From NCBI GenBank assembly GCA_036402115.1, contig DASWTM010000051.1, forward strand, positions 184-64,183: a stretch of DNA of 64,000 bases, given 5' to 3'. The DNA is from Chryseosolibacter sp. GTDB taxonomy: Bacteria; Bacteroidota; Bacteroidia; Cytophagales; Cyclobacteriaceae. The first letter of the stretch is position 1. Every line of letters begins with the position of its first letter. The notes beneath the pieces are model-generated. The model had not been told where the DNA came from and ran no database searches. It saw only the letters and a program-made list of their open reading frames with translations. This document shows, one piece after another, positions 1 to 10,470 of this stretch. Both the position numbers and the translations under genes were made by a program.

Positions 1-216
1 GAAGCGAAGAAGACTGGAAAAGTTTTCGGTGCGCGAATGATGGGCGGTGGATTCGGAGGCTGCACAATCAACATTTTGAAAGAAAATGATGCGGACGAAG
101 TAATTGCTTCGCTGACTCAAGCCTACAAGGAAAAATACAACATTGACATGCCTGCATATCGTGTAAGAATCAAAGACGGCACAAGCGTATTATCCACTGC
201 ACCCGTTTCGAAATGA
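1..216 (+). CDS. galK: Galactokinase, C-terminal part (truncated by the window edge)
   Basis: Frame 1 reads ...GARMMGGGFGGCTINIL... (GHMP kinase C-terminal motif) and stops at TGA 214-216; lies directly upstream of galM. Confidence 0.9.
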   Translation, partial: EAKKTGKVFGARMMGGGFGGCTINILKENDADEVIASLTQAYKEKYNIDMPAYRVRIKDGTSVLSTAPVSK

Positions 217-234
217 CAATCCATCTAAACCAAT

Positions 235-1410
235 ATGAAAAAACGTTCACTCGTCCTGCTGCTGGCAGCGACTCCCTTACTCTTTGTTCAATGCAATTCC
301 AAAAAAACTGAGGACACGGCAATGGCTGATACTACACGGGTAGAGAAAAAAGCTGGCGTAAGTTCGTCTCCGTTTGGAAAACTTCCTGACGGCACAGCGG
401 TGTCCCTCTTCACAGTGAAAAACGAAAACGGTATGACGATGACCGTCATGAATTATGGCGGGATCATTACTTCGTTAACTGCACCTGATAAAAACGGAAA
501 CTTCGAAGACATTGTCCTCGGCTATGATTCGCTTTCCGGCTATCTGAAGAGTAGTCCGTACTTCGGAGCACTGATTGGCCGTTATGGAAACCGGATCGGC
601 AAAGGAAAATTCACGCTTGACGGAAAATCCTATCAGCTAGGTCAGAATAACAACGGAAATCACCTTCACGGTGGACCCAACGGTTTCGATAAGCGCTTCT
701 GGGACATCGAAGAACATCGGGTGGCAAATGGTGCCGCATTGAAATTGACTTATACCAGCAAGGATATGGAGGAAGGATATCCTGGCAACTTGAACACGCA
801 GGTTATCTACCATCTCACCGATAGCAATGAGTTGAAAATCTTTTACGAAGCAACAACGGATAAACCTACCATTATCAACCTGACACAGCACACGTACTTT
901 AACCTCAGCGGGAATACAAAAGCGGATATCTTACAGCACGAACTCTATATTAACGCTGACAAGTTTGTTCCCGTTGACAAGACGCTGATCCCCACTGGTC
1001 AATTGAAAAATGTTTCGGAAACACCTTTCGATTTCAAAACACCAACTGCAATCGGATCGCGTATCGACAAAAAAGATCAGCAACTTGAGTTTGGCTTGGG
1101 TTACGATCATTGCTGGGTGTTAAATACCGGAGGTGACACAACGAAAGTCGCAGCAACGCTTCATGATCCTTCTACTGGTAGAGTTTTAAGTGTGCGTACA
1201 AGTGAACCTGGTATACAATTCTACTCGGGCAATTTTCTTGACGGATCGATCACGGGGAAATATTCAACCGTGTACAACAAGCGTTATGGATTGTGTTTGG
1301 AGACGGAACATTTCCCGGATTCGCCAAATAAAAAAGATTTTCCTTCGGTAGTACTGCGTCCGGGAGAAACCTATCGCACGCAGACGATGTATTCGTTTAC
1401 AACGAAGTGA
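235..1410 (+). CDS. galM: Aldose 1-epimerase (galactose mutarotase), probable lipoprotein
   Basis: Motifs GRYGNRI, LHGG, NLTQHTYFNL, GYDH, QFYSGNFL, CLETEHFPDSPN; signal peptide ending in Cys (LFVQC). Confidence 0.95.
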   Translation: MKKRSLVLLLAATPLLFVQCNSKKTEDTAMADTTRVEKKAGVSSSPFGKLPDGTAVSLFTVKNENGMTMTVMNYGGIITSLTAPDKNGNFEDIVLGYDSLSGYLKSSPYFGALIGRYGNRIGKGKFTLDGKSYQLGQNNNGNHLHGGPNGFDKRFWDIEEHRVANGAALKLTYTSKDMEEGYPGNLNTQVIYHLTDSNELKIFYEATTDKPTIINLTQHTYFNLSGNTKADILQHELYINADKFVPVDKTLIPTGQLKNVSETPFDFKTPTAIGSRIDKKDQQLEFGLGYDHCWVLNTGGDTTKVAATLHDPSTGRVLSVRTSEPGIQFYSGNFLDGSITGKYSTVYNKRYGLCLETEHFPDSPNKKDFPSVVLRPGETYRTQTMYSFTTK

Positions 1411-1418
1411 CGTGTAAA

Positions 1419-1522
1419 CGTTGATTCGTTGAATCGTTGATCCGTTTTCTCTCATAGCCACTCTCATCAGTCGCTAAAAGACCATGGTCCGAATCAACTA
1501 ATCAACAAATCAACTGATCAAC
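1419..1522. repeat. Inverted cassette of 8-bp tandem repeats (CGTTGATT-like left arm, AATCAAC-like right arm)
   Basis: 1419-1446 cgttgatt cgttgaat cgttgatc cgtt; 1491-1522 gaatcaac taatcaac aaatcaac tgatcaac (reverse complement). Confidence 0.85.
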
Positions 1523-1547
1523 CTTAAATCAACAACCAAGCATACCT

Positions 1548-3374
1548 ATGAAGAAAGTAGCCTTACTCTTCTGTTACGTATTATTTATCAGCAATCTCTC
1601 CGCCCAAGAATGGAAACTTGTCGAAGGGAAAATTACAACCGAGTGGGCAGGTAAGGTTAATCCGACCAATGTACACGCAGAGTATCCACGACCACAGCTT
1701 GTGCGTGAGAACTGGACGAACCTGAATGGCCTGTGGGATTATGCAATCGCAAATACACAACCCACCGCCTATGCGGGGAAGATCCTTGTTCCGTTTGCAA
1801 TCGAGTCTGCACTTTCAGGTGTTGGAAAAACCGTAGGGAAAGATAACACACTCTGGTACAAGCGAACCTTCACAACTCCTTCAGACGTAAAAAATAAAAA
1901 TGTCCTGCTTCATTTCGGTGCTGTTGACTGGCGCTGCGAAGTTTTCGTCAATGGAAAATCTGCTGGCAAGCATGAAGGTGGATACGACCCGTTCTACTTT
2001 GACATCACTCCGCTTCTGACGAAATCAAAACAACAGGAAATTGTTGTCAGCGTTTGGGATCCGAGCGATGATGGCCCGCAGCCACGCGGAAAGCAAATTA
2101 AAAATCCGCGCAGCATCTGGTACACACCCGTCACCGGCATCTGGCAAACGGTTTGGCTCGAAGCCGTTCCAAAATCGTACATCGAAAGCGCTACTCCGGT
2201 TCCTGACATTGACAAGGGTTCCGTTACAGTAAATGCTGTGTTAAAAGGTGCGCAACAGGGTGACAAAATCCGGGTCAGCGCCTGGGATGGAAAACAAAAG
2301 ATTGCTGAACAGGAAGCTGCTAGCGAAACAGCAACGCTATCTATTCCAAATGCCAAGTTATGGTCGCCATCCAATCCGTTTCTTTATGATCTGCAGATTC
2401 AGCTTGTGCGGAATGGCAAAGTGGTAGACGATGTCAAAAGCTATTTTGGGATGCGTAAGATTTCCATGCAGCCGGATGCAAACGGAGTTCAGCGGATGTT
2501 GCTCAATAACGAGTTCGTGTTTCAATATGGTCCACTCGACCAGGGTTGGTGGCCAGACGGATTGTATACCGCCCCATCGGACGAAGCGTTAAAATTCGAT
2601 ATTGTCAAAACGAAGGAGATGGGCTTCAACATGATTCGCAAGCACGTTAAGGTTGAACCTGCGCGCTGGTATTATCATTGTGATCAGCTCGGCATGCTGG
2701 TATGGCAAGACATGCCAAGTGGCGACATGGGCAACCACTGGGATATGCGCCCGGGAATCATCGGACTCGCGAATGACAAACAACGTACGCCTGAGTCTGA
2801 AGCTATCTTCCGAAAAGAATGGAAAGCAATCGTTGATTCGAAGAAAGCTTTTCCAAGCATCGTAGTGTGGGTACCCTTCAACGAAGCATGGGGCCAATTC
2901 AAAACAAAAGAAATCACCGAATGGACAATGAAGTATGATCCCTCGCGGCTTGTGAACTCAGCCAGTGGTGGAAACTTTGAAGTCACCGGTCACATCATCG
3001 ACCTTCATAATTATCCGGCTCCCTGCATGCCGGATCCAAAACTCTTCGGAAAAGAACAGATCATCGTACTTGGTGAATTCGGTGGACTCGGGCTTCCGCT
3101 TGAAGGCCACACGTGGCAGAGCAAAGACAACTGGGGATATCAGAGTTTCCCTAATAAAGAGGAGCTCCTTACAAAATACACATCCTTCATGGATGCAATT
3201 CCTGCCCTTATAAAACAAGGATTGTCTGCTGCAGTGTATACACAAACGACCGATGTGGAAATTGAGACGAATGGTTTGATGACGTATGATCGCAAAGTGG
3301 TAAAGATGCCCGAGCAGAAATTGCAAGCATCACACAAGCAACTTTACGATGCATCGTTGGTAAAGTTGAAATGA
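1548..3374 (+). CDS. Glycoside hydrolase family 2 (beta-galactosidase-like), secreted
   Basis: Signal peptide; LHFGAVDW, TGIWQTVWLE, LDQGWWPDG, GFNMIRKH, WVPFNEAWG (acid/base), GEFGG (nucleophile). Confidence 0.9.
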   Translation: MKKVALLFCYVLFISNLSAQEWKLVEGKITTEWAGKVNPTNVHAEYPRPQLVRENWTNLNGLWDYAIANTQPTAYAGKILVPFAIESALSGVGKTVGKDNTLWYKRTFTTPSDVKNKNVLLHFGAVDWRCEVFVNGKSAGKHEGGYDPFYFDITPLLTKSKQQEIVVSVWDPSDDGPQPRGKQIKNPRSIWYTPVTGIWQTVWLEAVPKSYIESATPVPDIDKGSVTVNAVLKGAQQGDKIRVSAWDGKQKIAEQEAASETATLSIPNAKLWSPSNPFLYDLQIQLVRNGKVVDDVKSYFGMRKISMQPDANGVQRMLLNNEFVFQYGPLDQGWWPDGLYTAPSDEALKFDIVKTKEMGFNMIRKHVKVEPARWYYHCDQLGMLVWQDMPSGDMGNHWDMRPGIIGLANDKQRTPESEAIFRKEWKAIVDSKKAFPSIVVWVPFNEAWGQFKTKEITEWTMKYDPSRLVNSASGGNFEVTGHIIDLHNYPAPCMPDPKLFGKEQIIVLGEFGGLGLPLEGHTWQSKDNWGYQSFPNKEELLTKYTSFMDAIPALIKQGLSAAVYTQTTDVEIETNGLMTYDRKVVKMPEQKLQASHKQLYDASLVKLK

Positions 3375-3408
3375 TCACACCAGAGCAATCGAACGAAAAC
3401 AAATAAAC

Positions 3409-5421
3409 ATGAAAGTCAGTAACGTCATTGCCGCAGCATTGATCGGCTTGGCTTGCACGGAAGTCATTGGCCAATCGCTCACGCCATCCGCCTATCATGA
3501 ACTGCCACTCGGTGCAGTAAAGCCGGAAGGTTGGCTTAAGGATCAGCTCCTGATTATGGCAAACGGTTCGACTGGTCATCTTGACGAAGTCCACGCGAAA
3601 CTTAAGAATGACAACGGATGGCTTGGCGGGAAAGGTGACGGCTGGGAAGAAACTCCATATTGGCTGGATGGAGCAGTTCCACTTGCATACCTGCTCGATG
3701 ATCCTTCGCTGAAATCAAAGGTTCTGCAATACATCAACTGGACTCTTGATCATCAACGACCCTCCGGATACTTCGGACCGGTGACAAAAGATGAGCGCGA
3801 AAAGAATGCGCAACTTACACCAGAAAATTGTGCATCCGGTGAAGACTGGTGGCCGAAGATGATCATGCTGAAAGTGCTGCAGCAATATTACGAAGCCACG
3901 AATGATGCGCGCGTCATTCCATTCATGACAAAGTATTTTCAGTATCAGCTGTCAGCGATCAAAAATTGTCCGCTCGGCAAATGGACCGAGTGGGCAACAT
4001 CCCGCGGTGCCGACAATGTAATGATGGCACAATGGCTCTACTCGAAAACTGGTGACAAGTCACTTATTGAGTTGGCATCGCTGATCGAATCGCAAGCCTA
4101 TGACTGGAGCACGTGGCTTGGGAACCGAGACTGGGTGATCTGGGCAGCAGCCAATCAGACCGATGAACACTGGATGAGACGACACGCGGTAAATATTGGC
4201 ATGGCACTGAAATCACCCGTGATCAATTACGAACGAACCGGTGATGAAAAATATGTAAAAGCTATCAAGACAGGATGGAATGATCTAATGACGTTGCATG
4301 GTTTGCCGATGGGAATTTTTTCAGGCGATGAAGATCTGCATGGCAACGATCCGACACAAGGTGTTGAGCTCTGCGCGATTGTTGAGGCCATGTTTTCGCT
4401 CGAGAAGATCATTGCAGTGACGGGCGACCGGCAATACATGGATGCACTCGAACGAATGGCGTTCAATGCACTTCCTACACAGACTACGGATGATTACAAC
4501 GCGAAGCAATATTTCCAGATCGCCAACCAGGTGGAAGTTTCAAGGGGTGTATTTGATTTCTCCTTACCCTTTGATCGAGAGATGAACAATGTGTTTGGCT
4601 TGCGCAGTGGCTACACGTGCTGCACATCCAACATGCACCAGGGCTGGACGAAGTTCGCTACACACCTGTGGTACGGAACGAATGATGGTGGCGTTGCCGC
4701 ATTGGCTTACAGTCCGAGCGTGCTGAAGATGAAACTTGGAAAAGATCAGGAGGACGTTACTATCCGAGAGGTCACAAACTATCCGTTTGAAGAAACAATT
4801 GCCTTTGAAATCGCTACGAAACGATCAGCAGCCTTTCCGTTGCACCTCCGGATTCCTGCGTGGTGTAAAGAGGCATCCATCTCACTGAACGGAAAGAATT
4901 TGCAGACATCGAAAGGCGATACAATTGTGGTAATCGATCGCGACTGGCGTGATAAAGACAAGCTGGTACTGACACTTCCGATGGAAGTCACCACCTCCAA
5001 TTGGGCGAAGAACTCGAGAACTATTGAACGTGGGCCGCTGGTGTTTGCCTTGAAACTTGGCGAACGTTGGGAGAAGGCCACGCAGGAAAAGGAAGGCGAC
5101 TACTTCAGCATCTACCCGACCGAGCCGTGGAACTACGGTTTACTCGAAAGCATCGTAAAGGATCCGAAAGCAAATCTTAAAGTCACCACCAAACCGATGC
5201 CTCAGAAATTCGTCTGGAATCAGAAAGTCGCACCAATCGAGATCACAGCCTCCGCGAAAAAAATTCCGGATTGGAAAGTCGTGAATGGTGTGGCCCATCA
5301 ACCCGTTACCGATCGTAATGGAGTTTACAAGGGAAAAGTCGAGCCTGAAGTGGTTTCGATTCAATTGATTCCGTATGGGTTTACCAAGGTCAGGGTGGTG
5401 GCGTTTCCGGTGGTGAAGTAG
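3409..5421 (+). CDS. GH127/GH146-like beta-L-arabinofuranosidase family protein
   Basis: Signal peptide; HAVN, ELCAIVE, DALERMAFNAL, YTCC (Zn-Cys site), LRIPAW, RGPLVFAL. Confidence 0.85.
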   Translation: MKVSNVIAAALIGLACTEVIGQSLTPSAYHELPLGAVKPEGWLKDQLLIMANGSTGHLDEVHAKLKNDNGWLGGKGDGWEETPYWLDGAVPLAYLLDDPSLKSKVLQYINWTLDHQRPSGYFGPVTKDEREKNAQLTPENCASGEDWWPKMIMLKVLQQYYEATNDARVIPFMTKYFQYQLSAIKNCPLGKWTEWATSRGADNVMMAQWLYSKTGDKSLIELASLIESQAYDWSTWLGNRDWVIWAAANQTDEHWMRRHAVNIGMALKSPVINYERTGDEKYVKAIKTGWNDLMTLHGLPMGIFSGDEDLHGNDPTQGVELCAIVEAMFSLEKIIAVTGDRQYMDALERMAFNALPTQTTDDYNAKQYFQIANQVEVSRGVFDFSLPFDREMNNVFGLRSGYTCCTSNMHQGWTKFATHLWYGTNDGGVAALAYSPSVLKMKLGKDQEDVTIREVTNYPFEETIAFEIATKRSAAFPLHLRIPAWCKEASISLNGKNLQTSKGDTIVVIDRDWRDKDKLVLTLPMEVTTSNWAKNSRTIERGPLVFALKLGERWEKATQEKEGDYFSIYPTEPWNYGLLESIVKDPKANLKVTTKPMPQKFVWNQKVAPIEITASAKKIPDWKVVNGVAHQPVTDRNGVYKGKVEPEVVSIQLIPYGFTKVRVVAFPVVK

Positions 5422-5583
5422 GTTGATTAGTTGATCCGTTTATTGGTGGATTCGTTTTCGGATCTAACTAGCGTTCAGGGCTTCCCAACTTTGTGTGTTT
5501 AAGATGGTAAGCGCCATAAGGCCAATGCTCCACCCTTTGGACTGGAATAACGAATCAACTACTCATCGAATCAACGAATCAAC
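5422..5583. repeat. Inverted cassette of 8-bp tandem repeats, same family as 1419-1522
   Basis: gttgatta gttgatcc gtttattg gtggattc gtt (5422-5456) and aacgaatcaactactcatcgaatcaacgaatcaac (5549-5583). Confidence 0.8.
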
Positions 5584-5662
5584 ATCTCCCCATGTAAGAT
5601 AATTCTCCATTTCACGCTCATATCCTCTCACTTTTTCCCCATTTTTACAGTAAACTTTCCGT

Positions 5663-7666
5663 ATGTCTCGTAAGGCAATTATTTTTTTCGGAACGATCTT
5701 CTTCCTTTCCCTCTTTGCCCAGGCGCAGGAAACCTCTAAGATCGATACCTATGAAAACTTTTTCAATGGAAGTCTTGGTACAAATTCCGACTCGCTTTTC
5801 GCTGTAGCGGAAAGTAAACTTGACGATGCGATCAGCGCTCATGACCTGACGAGAAAAGCGGAAGCGCATAAGGAACTCGGTCTTCTGCACCTTACGATCA
5901 GCAACGACTTCGAAAAAGCAATGGACGAGTTCATCCGCGCACTCGTAATTGAAGACTCACTAAAATTGAAAGCAGACCAGGTGATCACTTACATCGCGAT
6001 TGCTGACGTATTCGGTGAAACCGGGAATTTTCAGAAAGCAGACGAAATGCTGGATCAGGCGCTGGAGTTGAACCGGCCATTGAATGATAATCGTACCACC
6101 ATTACAATCCTGATAAAGTTAGGCCAGATCCATTCTCAAATGGGTTCGGTGGATGAAGCCACCGAAGACTTTCAAGGCGCATTAAATTTCACTGAAGAGA
6201 TTGAGGGGACACCGCACGAAGCGGAGGCATACTTCCAGCTTGCGAAGATTGAAGCGAAGAAAAGCGCGCATGAAAAAGCGCTGTCGATGTTCAAGACCTC
6301 GCTTGCCAAACGAAGAGCCCTCCGCGACAAACGAAACGAAGCCATTTGCCTGAATGAGATTGGCGGACTTTATCTCGAGATGAAGAACACCGACAAAGCA
6401 TTGGCGAACTATGTGGTATCCCTCGAAATTTACGAAGCATTAAAGAACAAGGAAGGACTCGCGACTGTTTATAACAATGTTGGTATTCTGTATTACAAAA
6501 CTGGGAACATCGAACGCGCTCAAATGAACCTGGAGCTTGCTCTTGCCGCAGCGAAAGAAGCGCAGGCCCAACAGCAAATGAGAAAAAGTTACGAGTATTT
6601 AAGTCTCGTTTTCAAAGACCTCAAAGACTATCAGAAGGCACTTGGCTTTAAAGAAGATTACGTTACCATTTCGGATTTCATTCAGCAGGAGCGTGACGAA
6701 CAAAAACTCCTCGAAGCGCAGAATCGTTATGAATTTGAAAAGAAGGAAGGTCAGATCCAGAAACTAGAAAACATTAAAATTGCTCGTGAGAAAGAGTTGA
6801 AAGAAGAAAAAGAAACGCGCAATCTCCTGATCACCATTGTGGCCTTCGTAGCTGTGGTGCTCCTTCTCGTATTCTATGGTTACTTGTCGAAACGGAAAAC
6901 AAACAAAATCCTTCAGGTTGCCAACAACACCGTGCGCGATCAGAATGCAAAACTTCAGGAACTCAACGCTACGAAAGACAAATTCTTTTCCATCATCAGT
7001 CATGATTTGAAAGGCCCGCTCAATTCGCTGACTTCGTTTTCAGGTTTGCTGATCAATCACACCGACAGCCTGAGCAAAGATGAAATCAAAATGCTGGCGA
7101 AAGATCTCGATAAGTCATTGAAGAACCTTTTTGCTCTTCTCGAAAACCTCCTCGAATGGTCGCGATCTCAAACCGGAAACATCGAATTCAAGCCGGAACC
7201 GTTCGACATTGCCGCACTGCTCAAACAAAATCAGGAACTGCTCCAGCAACAGGCACAGAACAAAAAGATTTCGCTTGTGCTGCAGGGTGAATTGAACGTT
7301 GTCATCAACGCACACCGAAATTCGGTCAATACCGTTGTTCGGAATCTTGTCTCGAACGCGATCAAGTTCACGCCAGGAGAAGGTACAGTCACACTCAAAA
7401 CATCGACAGCCGAAAATAAAGTCATCGTTTCCATTTCAGACACAGGCGTTGGGATGAGCAAAGAAGTGATGGATAAACTCTTCCGCATTGACACCAAGCA
7501 CACCACAAAAGGAACGGCCGATGAGAAAGGTACCGGTCTGGGACTCATCTTATGTAAAGAGTTTATCGAAAAGAACGGAGGCCGCATTTGGGTCGACAGT
7601 GTTGTTGGAAAAGGATCTAATTTTTCGTTTGAACTTCCTCTCGTAGCGGAACCCGTTCCTGCATAG
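5663..7666 (+). CDS. TPR-repeat periplasmic sensor histidine kinase (HisKA + HATPase)
   Basis: Signal peptide, TPR-like helices, one TM segment, H-box FSIISHDLKGP, N-box NLVSNAIKF, DTGVG and GTGLGL G-boxes. Confidence 0.92.
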   Translation: MSRKAIIFFGTIFFLSLFAQAQETSKIDTYENFFNGSLGTNSDSLFAVAESKLDDAISAHDLTRKAEAHKELGLLHLTISNDFEKAMDEFIRALVIEDSLKLKADQVITYIAIADVFGETGNFQKADEMLDQALELNRPLNDNRTTITILIKLGQIHSQMGSVDEATEDFQGALNFTEEIEGTPHEAEAYFQLAKIEAKKSAHEKALSMFKTSLAKRRALRDKRNEAICLNEIGGLYLEMKNTDKALANYVVSLEIYEALKNKEGLATVYNNVGILYYKTGNIERAQMNLELALAAAKEAQAQQQMRKSYEYLSLVFKDLKDYQKALGFKEDYVTISDFIQQERDEQKLLEAQNRYEFEKKEGQIQKLENIKIAREKELKEEKETRNLLITIVAFVAVVLLLVFYGYLSKRKTNKILQVANNTVRDQNAKLQELNATKDKFFSIISHDLKGPLNSLTSFSGLLINHTDSLSKDEIKMLAKDLDKSLKNLFALLENLLEWSRSQTGNIEFKPEPFDIAALLKQNQELLQQQAQNKKISLVLQGELNVVINAHRNSVNTVVRNLVSNAIKFTPGEGTVTLKTSTAENKVIVSISDTGVGMSKEVMDKLFRIDTKHTTKGTADEKGTGLGLILCKEFIEKNGGRIWVDSVVGKGSNFSFELPLVAEPVPA

Positions 7667-7695
7667 GACATTTAACTATCCTGTCTGATTGCAAC

Positions 7696-8817
7696 ATGAG
7701 CACACAAATACCGGAGCACATGAGCACATCGCCCAGACGGAAAATCATCCACATCGACATGGACGCCTTCTACGCCTCCATCGAGCAGCGTGACAATCTG
7801 GATTTGCGTGGGAAGCCGATCGCAGTGGGCGGTTCCCCGGAGGGAAGAGGCGGTGTGGTAGCAACAGCCAGCTATGAAGCGCGGAAGTATGGTGTTCGCT
7901 CGGCCATGCCATCGAAACGAGCTGTTCAGCTTTGTCCGAATATAATTTTCGTCCGGCCGCGTTTTGACGTCTACAAAGAGGTTTCATCAAAAATTCGCGA
8001 GATCTTTAGTCGGTATACAGATTTAATTGAGCCGCTTTCGCTCGATGAAGCATTTCTTGATGTCACGACCGACAAGCAAAATATTGGTTCTGCTATTGAT
8101 ATCGCGAAGGCTATACGCGCCTCTATTAAAGAAGAGTTGAATCTCACAGCATCCGCAGGTGTTTCGATCAATAAGTTTGTGGCGAAGATCGCTTCCGATA
8201 TTAACAAGCCAGATGGCCTGACGTTCATCGGCCCTTCGCGCATCGAGAGTTTCATGGAAAGTCTTCCGATTGAAAAATTCTACGGTGTCGGAAAAGTCAC
8301 CGCTGACCGAATGCGCAGGATGGGATTGTTCACCGGAGCAGATCTCAAAAAGCTTTCAGAAGAAGACCTCGTTAGCCGTTTCGGAAAAAGTGGAAGATTC
8401 TTTTATCAGATCGTGCGGGGAATTGACAACCGGGAGGTGCGACCCAACCGCGAAACCAAATCGGTCGGTGCTGAGGACACCTTCTCGACCGATCTGACAA
8501 CTATCGAGGAGTTGCGGGAAGAACTGAAGAAGCTGGCGGAAAGTGTTCACGCGCGCCTGCAAAAGCATGAACTGAAAGGACGGACGATCACCTTAAAAGT
8601 CAAATTCCACGATTTCCGGCAGATCACCCGCAGCCAATCATTACTCGATCCCACATCCGACAAGGAATCGATCCTGGCAATCGCCACCCAATTGATGACT
8701 GCAGCACTTGACGACCAGGACAAGATCAGGCTTTTGGGAATTTCAGTATCGAATTTTGTGGAGCCACTGGTTCGTGTGGATCAACCGCCTGAAGGAACTC
8801 AGTTAAAATTATTTTAG
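7696..8817 (+). CDS. dinB: DNA polymerase IV (start may be ATG 7720)
   Basis: IHIDMDAFYASIEQ, SYEARKYG, SLDEAFLD, AKIASD.KPDG. Confidence 0.95.
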   Translation: MSTQIPEHMSTSPRRKIIHIDMDAFYASIEQRDNLDLRGKPIAVGGSPEGRGGVVATASYEARKYGVRSAMPSKRAVQLCPNIIFVRPRFDVYKEVSSKIREIFSRYTDLIEPLSLDEAFLDVTTDKQNIGSAIDIAKAIRASIKEELNLTASAGVSINKFVAKIASDINKPDGLTFIGPSRIESFMESLPIEKFYGVGKVTADRMRRMGLFTGADLKKLSEEDLVSRFGKSGRFFYQIVRGIDNREVRPNRETKSVGAEDTFSTDLTTIEELREELKKLAESVHARLQKHELKGRTITLKVKFHDFRQITRSQSLLDPTSDKESILAIATQLMTAALDDQDKIRLLGISVSNFVEPLVRVDQPPEGTQLKLF

Positions 8818-9001
8818 GGTCAAAATATTCGTTTTTTAAGGTTTTTGACGGTTAGTGAATTTCTCCCAACCGCGGATGGCAATCCGCGCGGCATACCCGG
8901 CACACTTTTTAAGATTTTAGGTAGAGGAACTTCCTGCCTATGATTACATTCTACAAGTAAGACGTAACGACCCCGCCAGTAGTATCACTAAACGTTTTTT
9001 T

Positions 9002-9838
9002 ATGAAGCGAATTCTCATGACCGTCATTGCGGCAAGCGTGACCGTTTTTGCGGCAGCCCAGGAGGCTACTACCAGCCTGGTGTCTTATACCGGCAAAAAC
9101 AAACTGGCTCTTGTTAAAAATAGTATTGATGTACCGGCCTGGCATGAAAAAACCTTCTGGCCACTTTACGAGAATTACCTCGCTGCATCTGGAAAAATCG
9201 CATCCCAAACCCACCGCCTTCGCAAAGCAATTGCTGACATCAATGAATCAACGTCAAATGAAGATGCAAGGGTGGCAGCTGAAAACTTTCTCTCAGCGGA
9301 AACGCAGTCAATCGCAACGAAGCGTGAATATTATCAAAAAATCAGTACTGAACTTAATGGAAACCTGTCACTTCAATTTTTGCAAAGCGAAGTAGTTATG
9401 GATATGATGGAGGCGTCAACGGCCTATGATGAGAGTTCGATTAAAAATTTCCGCTTTCATCCAAAGGTAACTTCCACTGAACAATTTCGGCAGGCCAAAC
9501 GCAACATGATCGCGAAAGCGTTGAATCTTACAAAAGATAATGGCTACCTGTTCTGGAACATGTACAATCAATATGAAGAAGACTTGGATAATCTGTTAGG
9601 TGAGGAGTACTCATTGATTTCGTATTATGCCAATGAACCAACCGATTTTACGCCCGCATTATCCAAACGGATGGGTCATGATATCCTGGCCATCCTCGAA
9701 AGAGAGATCAAACTGAAAGAAAAATATTATCAAAAACTCAAGGGCGACATGGGACCGGTTATGGCAGCAAAATTTCTGGCGTGGGAAGATTACTATTCCG
9801 TTGTCAGTAAAATGTATGCGTGGGCAGATGCTCCCTAG
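9002..9838 (+). CDS. Secreted hypothetical protein with two tandem helical repeat domains
   Basis: Signal peptide; repeated FWPLYENY...YYQKI and FWNMYNQY...YYQKL halves. Confidence 0.75.
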   Translation: MKRILMTVIAASVTVFAAAQEATTSLVSYTGKNKLALVKNSIDVPAWHEKTFWPLYENYLAASGKIASQTHRLRKAIADINESTSNEDARVAAENFLSAETQSIATKREYYQKISTELNGNLSLQFLQSEVVMDMMEASTAYDESSIKNFRFHPKVTSTEQFRQAKRNMIAKALNLTKDNGYLFWNMYNQYEEDLDNLLGEEYSLISYYANEPTDFTPALSKRMGHDILAILEREIKLKEKYYQKLKGDMGPVMAAKFLAWEDYYSVVSKMYAWADAP

Positions 9839-9889
9839 TGGCTACACGCAGGCCGAGCGGGATCCCTTTCCCGTTTGCTATCTTTAGGG

Positions 9890-10426
9890 ATGGAGTTAGC
9901 AGTTGCCAAAAGCTTAATTGAACAAGGTATAGATCAGCAGCTTCCGAACCAGGTTTGGGCTGACCTCGGTTCAGGAGAGGGTTTATTCACGAATGCCCTT
10001 GCCGACATTCTTCCCTCCGGAAGTAAAATCGTAGCACTCGATCGGGACGATAAAGCAGTAAGGTCCATTGCATTTTCACGTATAGAGATCGCGTTACGAA
10101 CCGTGAAGGCCGACCTGAATCACCTTCCGGGCGACCTGCCGTTGTGTGATGGGATCATCATGGCCAATTCGCTGCACTATGTGATTGACCAGGCGAGGTT
10201 ACTGGATCAACTCAGACTTGTCCACTTGAAATCCACTGGCACTTTGATTCTCATCGAGTATGATCTGGAAAAATCGAATCCGTGGGTGCCTTATCCAATC
10301 AGCAAGAAGACACTGGGTTTAGTCGCAGCGGAGGCAGGGTTCCAATCGCCCGTTTTTACTAGAGCCGTTAAATCGAGGTTAAATTCATCTGAAATTTACG
10401 CAGCACTGTTAAAACCGAATCGGTGA
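9890..10426 (+). CDS. Class I SAM-dependent methyltransferase
   Basis: Motif I WADLGSGEG, motif DGIIMANSLHY; ATG 9890 preferred over TTG 9875. Confidence 0.85.
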   Translation: MELAVAKSLIEQGIDQQLPNQVWADLGSGEGLFTNALADILPSGSKIVALDRDDKAVRSIAFSRIEIALRTVKADLNHLPGDLPLCDGIIMANSLHYVIDQARLLDQLRLVHLKSTGTLILIEYDLEKSNPWVPYPISKKTLGLVAAEAGFQSPVFTRAVKSRLNSSEIYAALLKPNR

Positions 10427-10470
10427 GTTCATCGTAATGTTTTAAATTCGACCACCTGTACCCCAAGCTC

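Noticed and set aside
7665-7728. SOS-box-like AGGA-N10-TCCT and an 11-bp direct repeat ACATGAGCACA at the dinB start
   Set aside because: The palindrome is too short to be significant; the repeat only produces two alternative ATGs (7696 and 7720).
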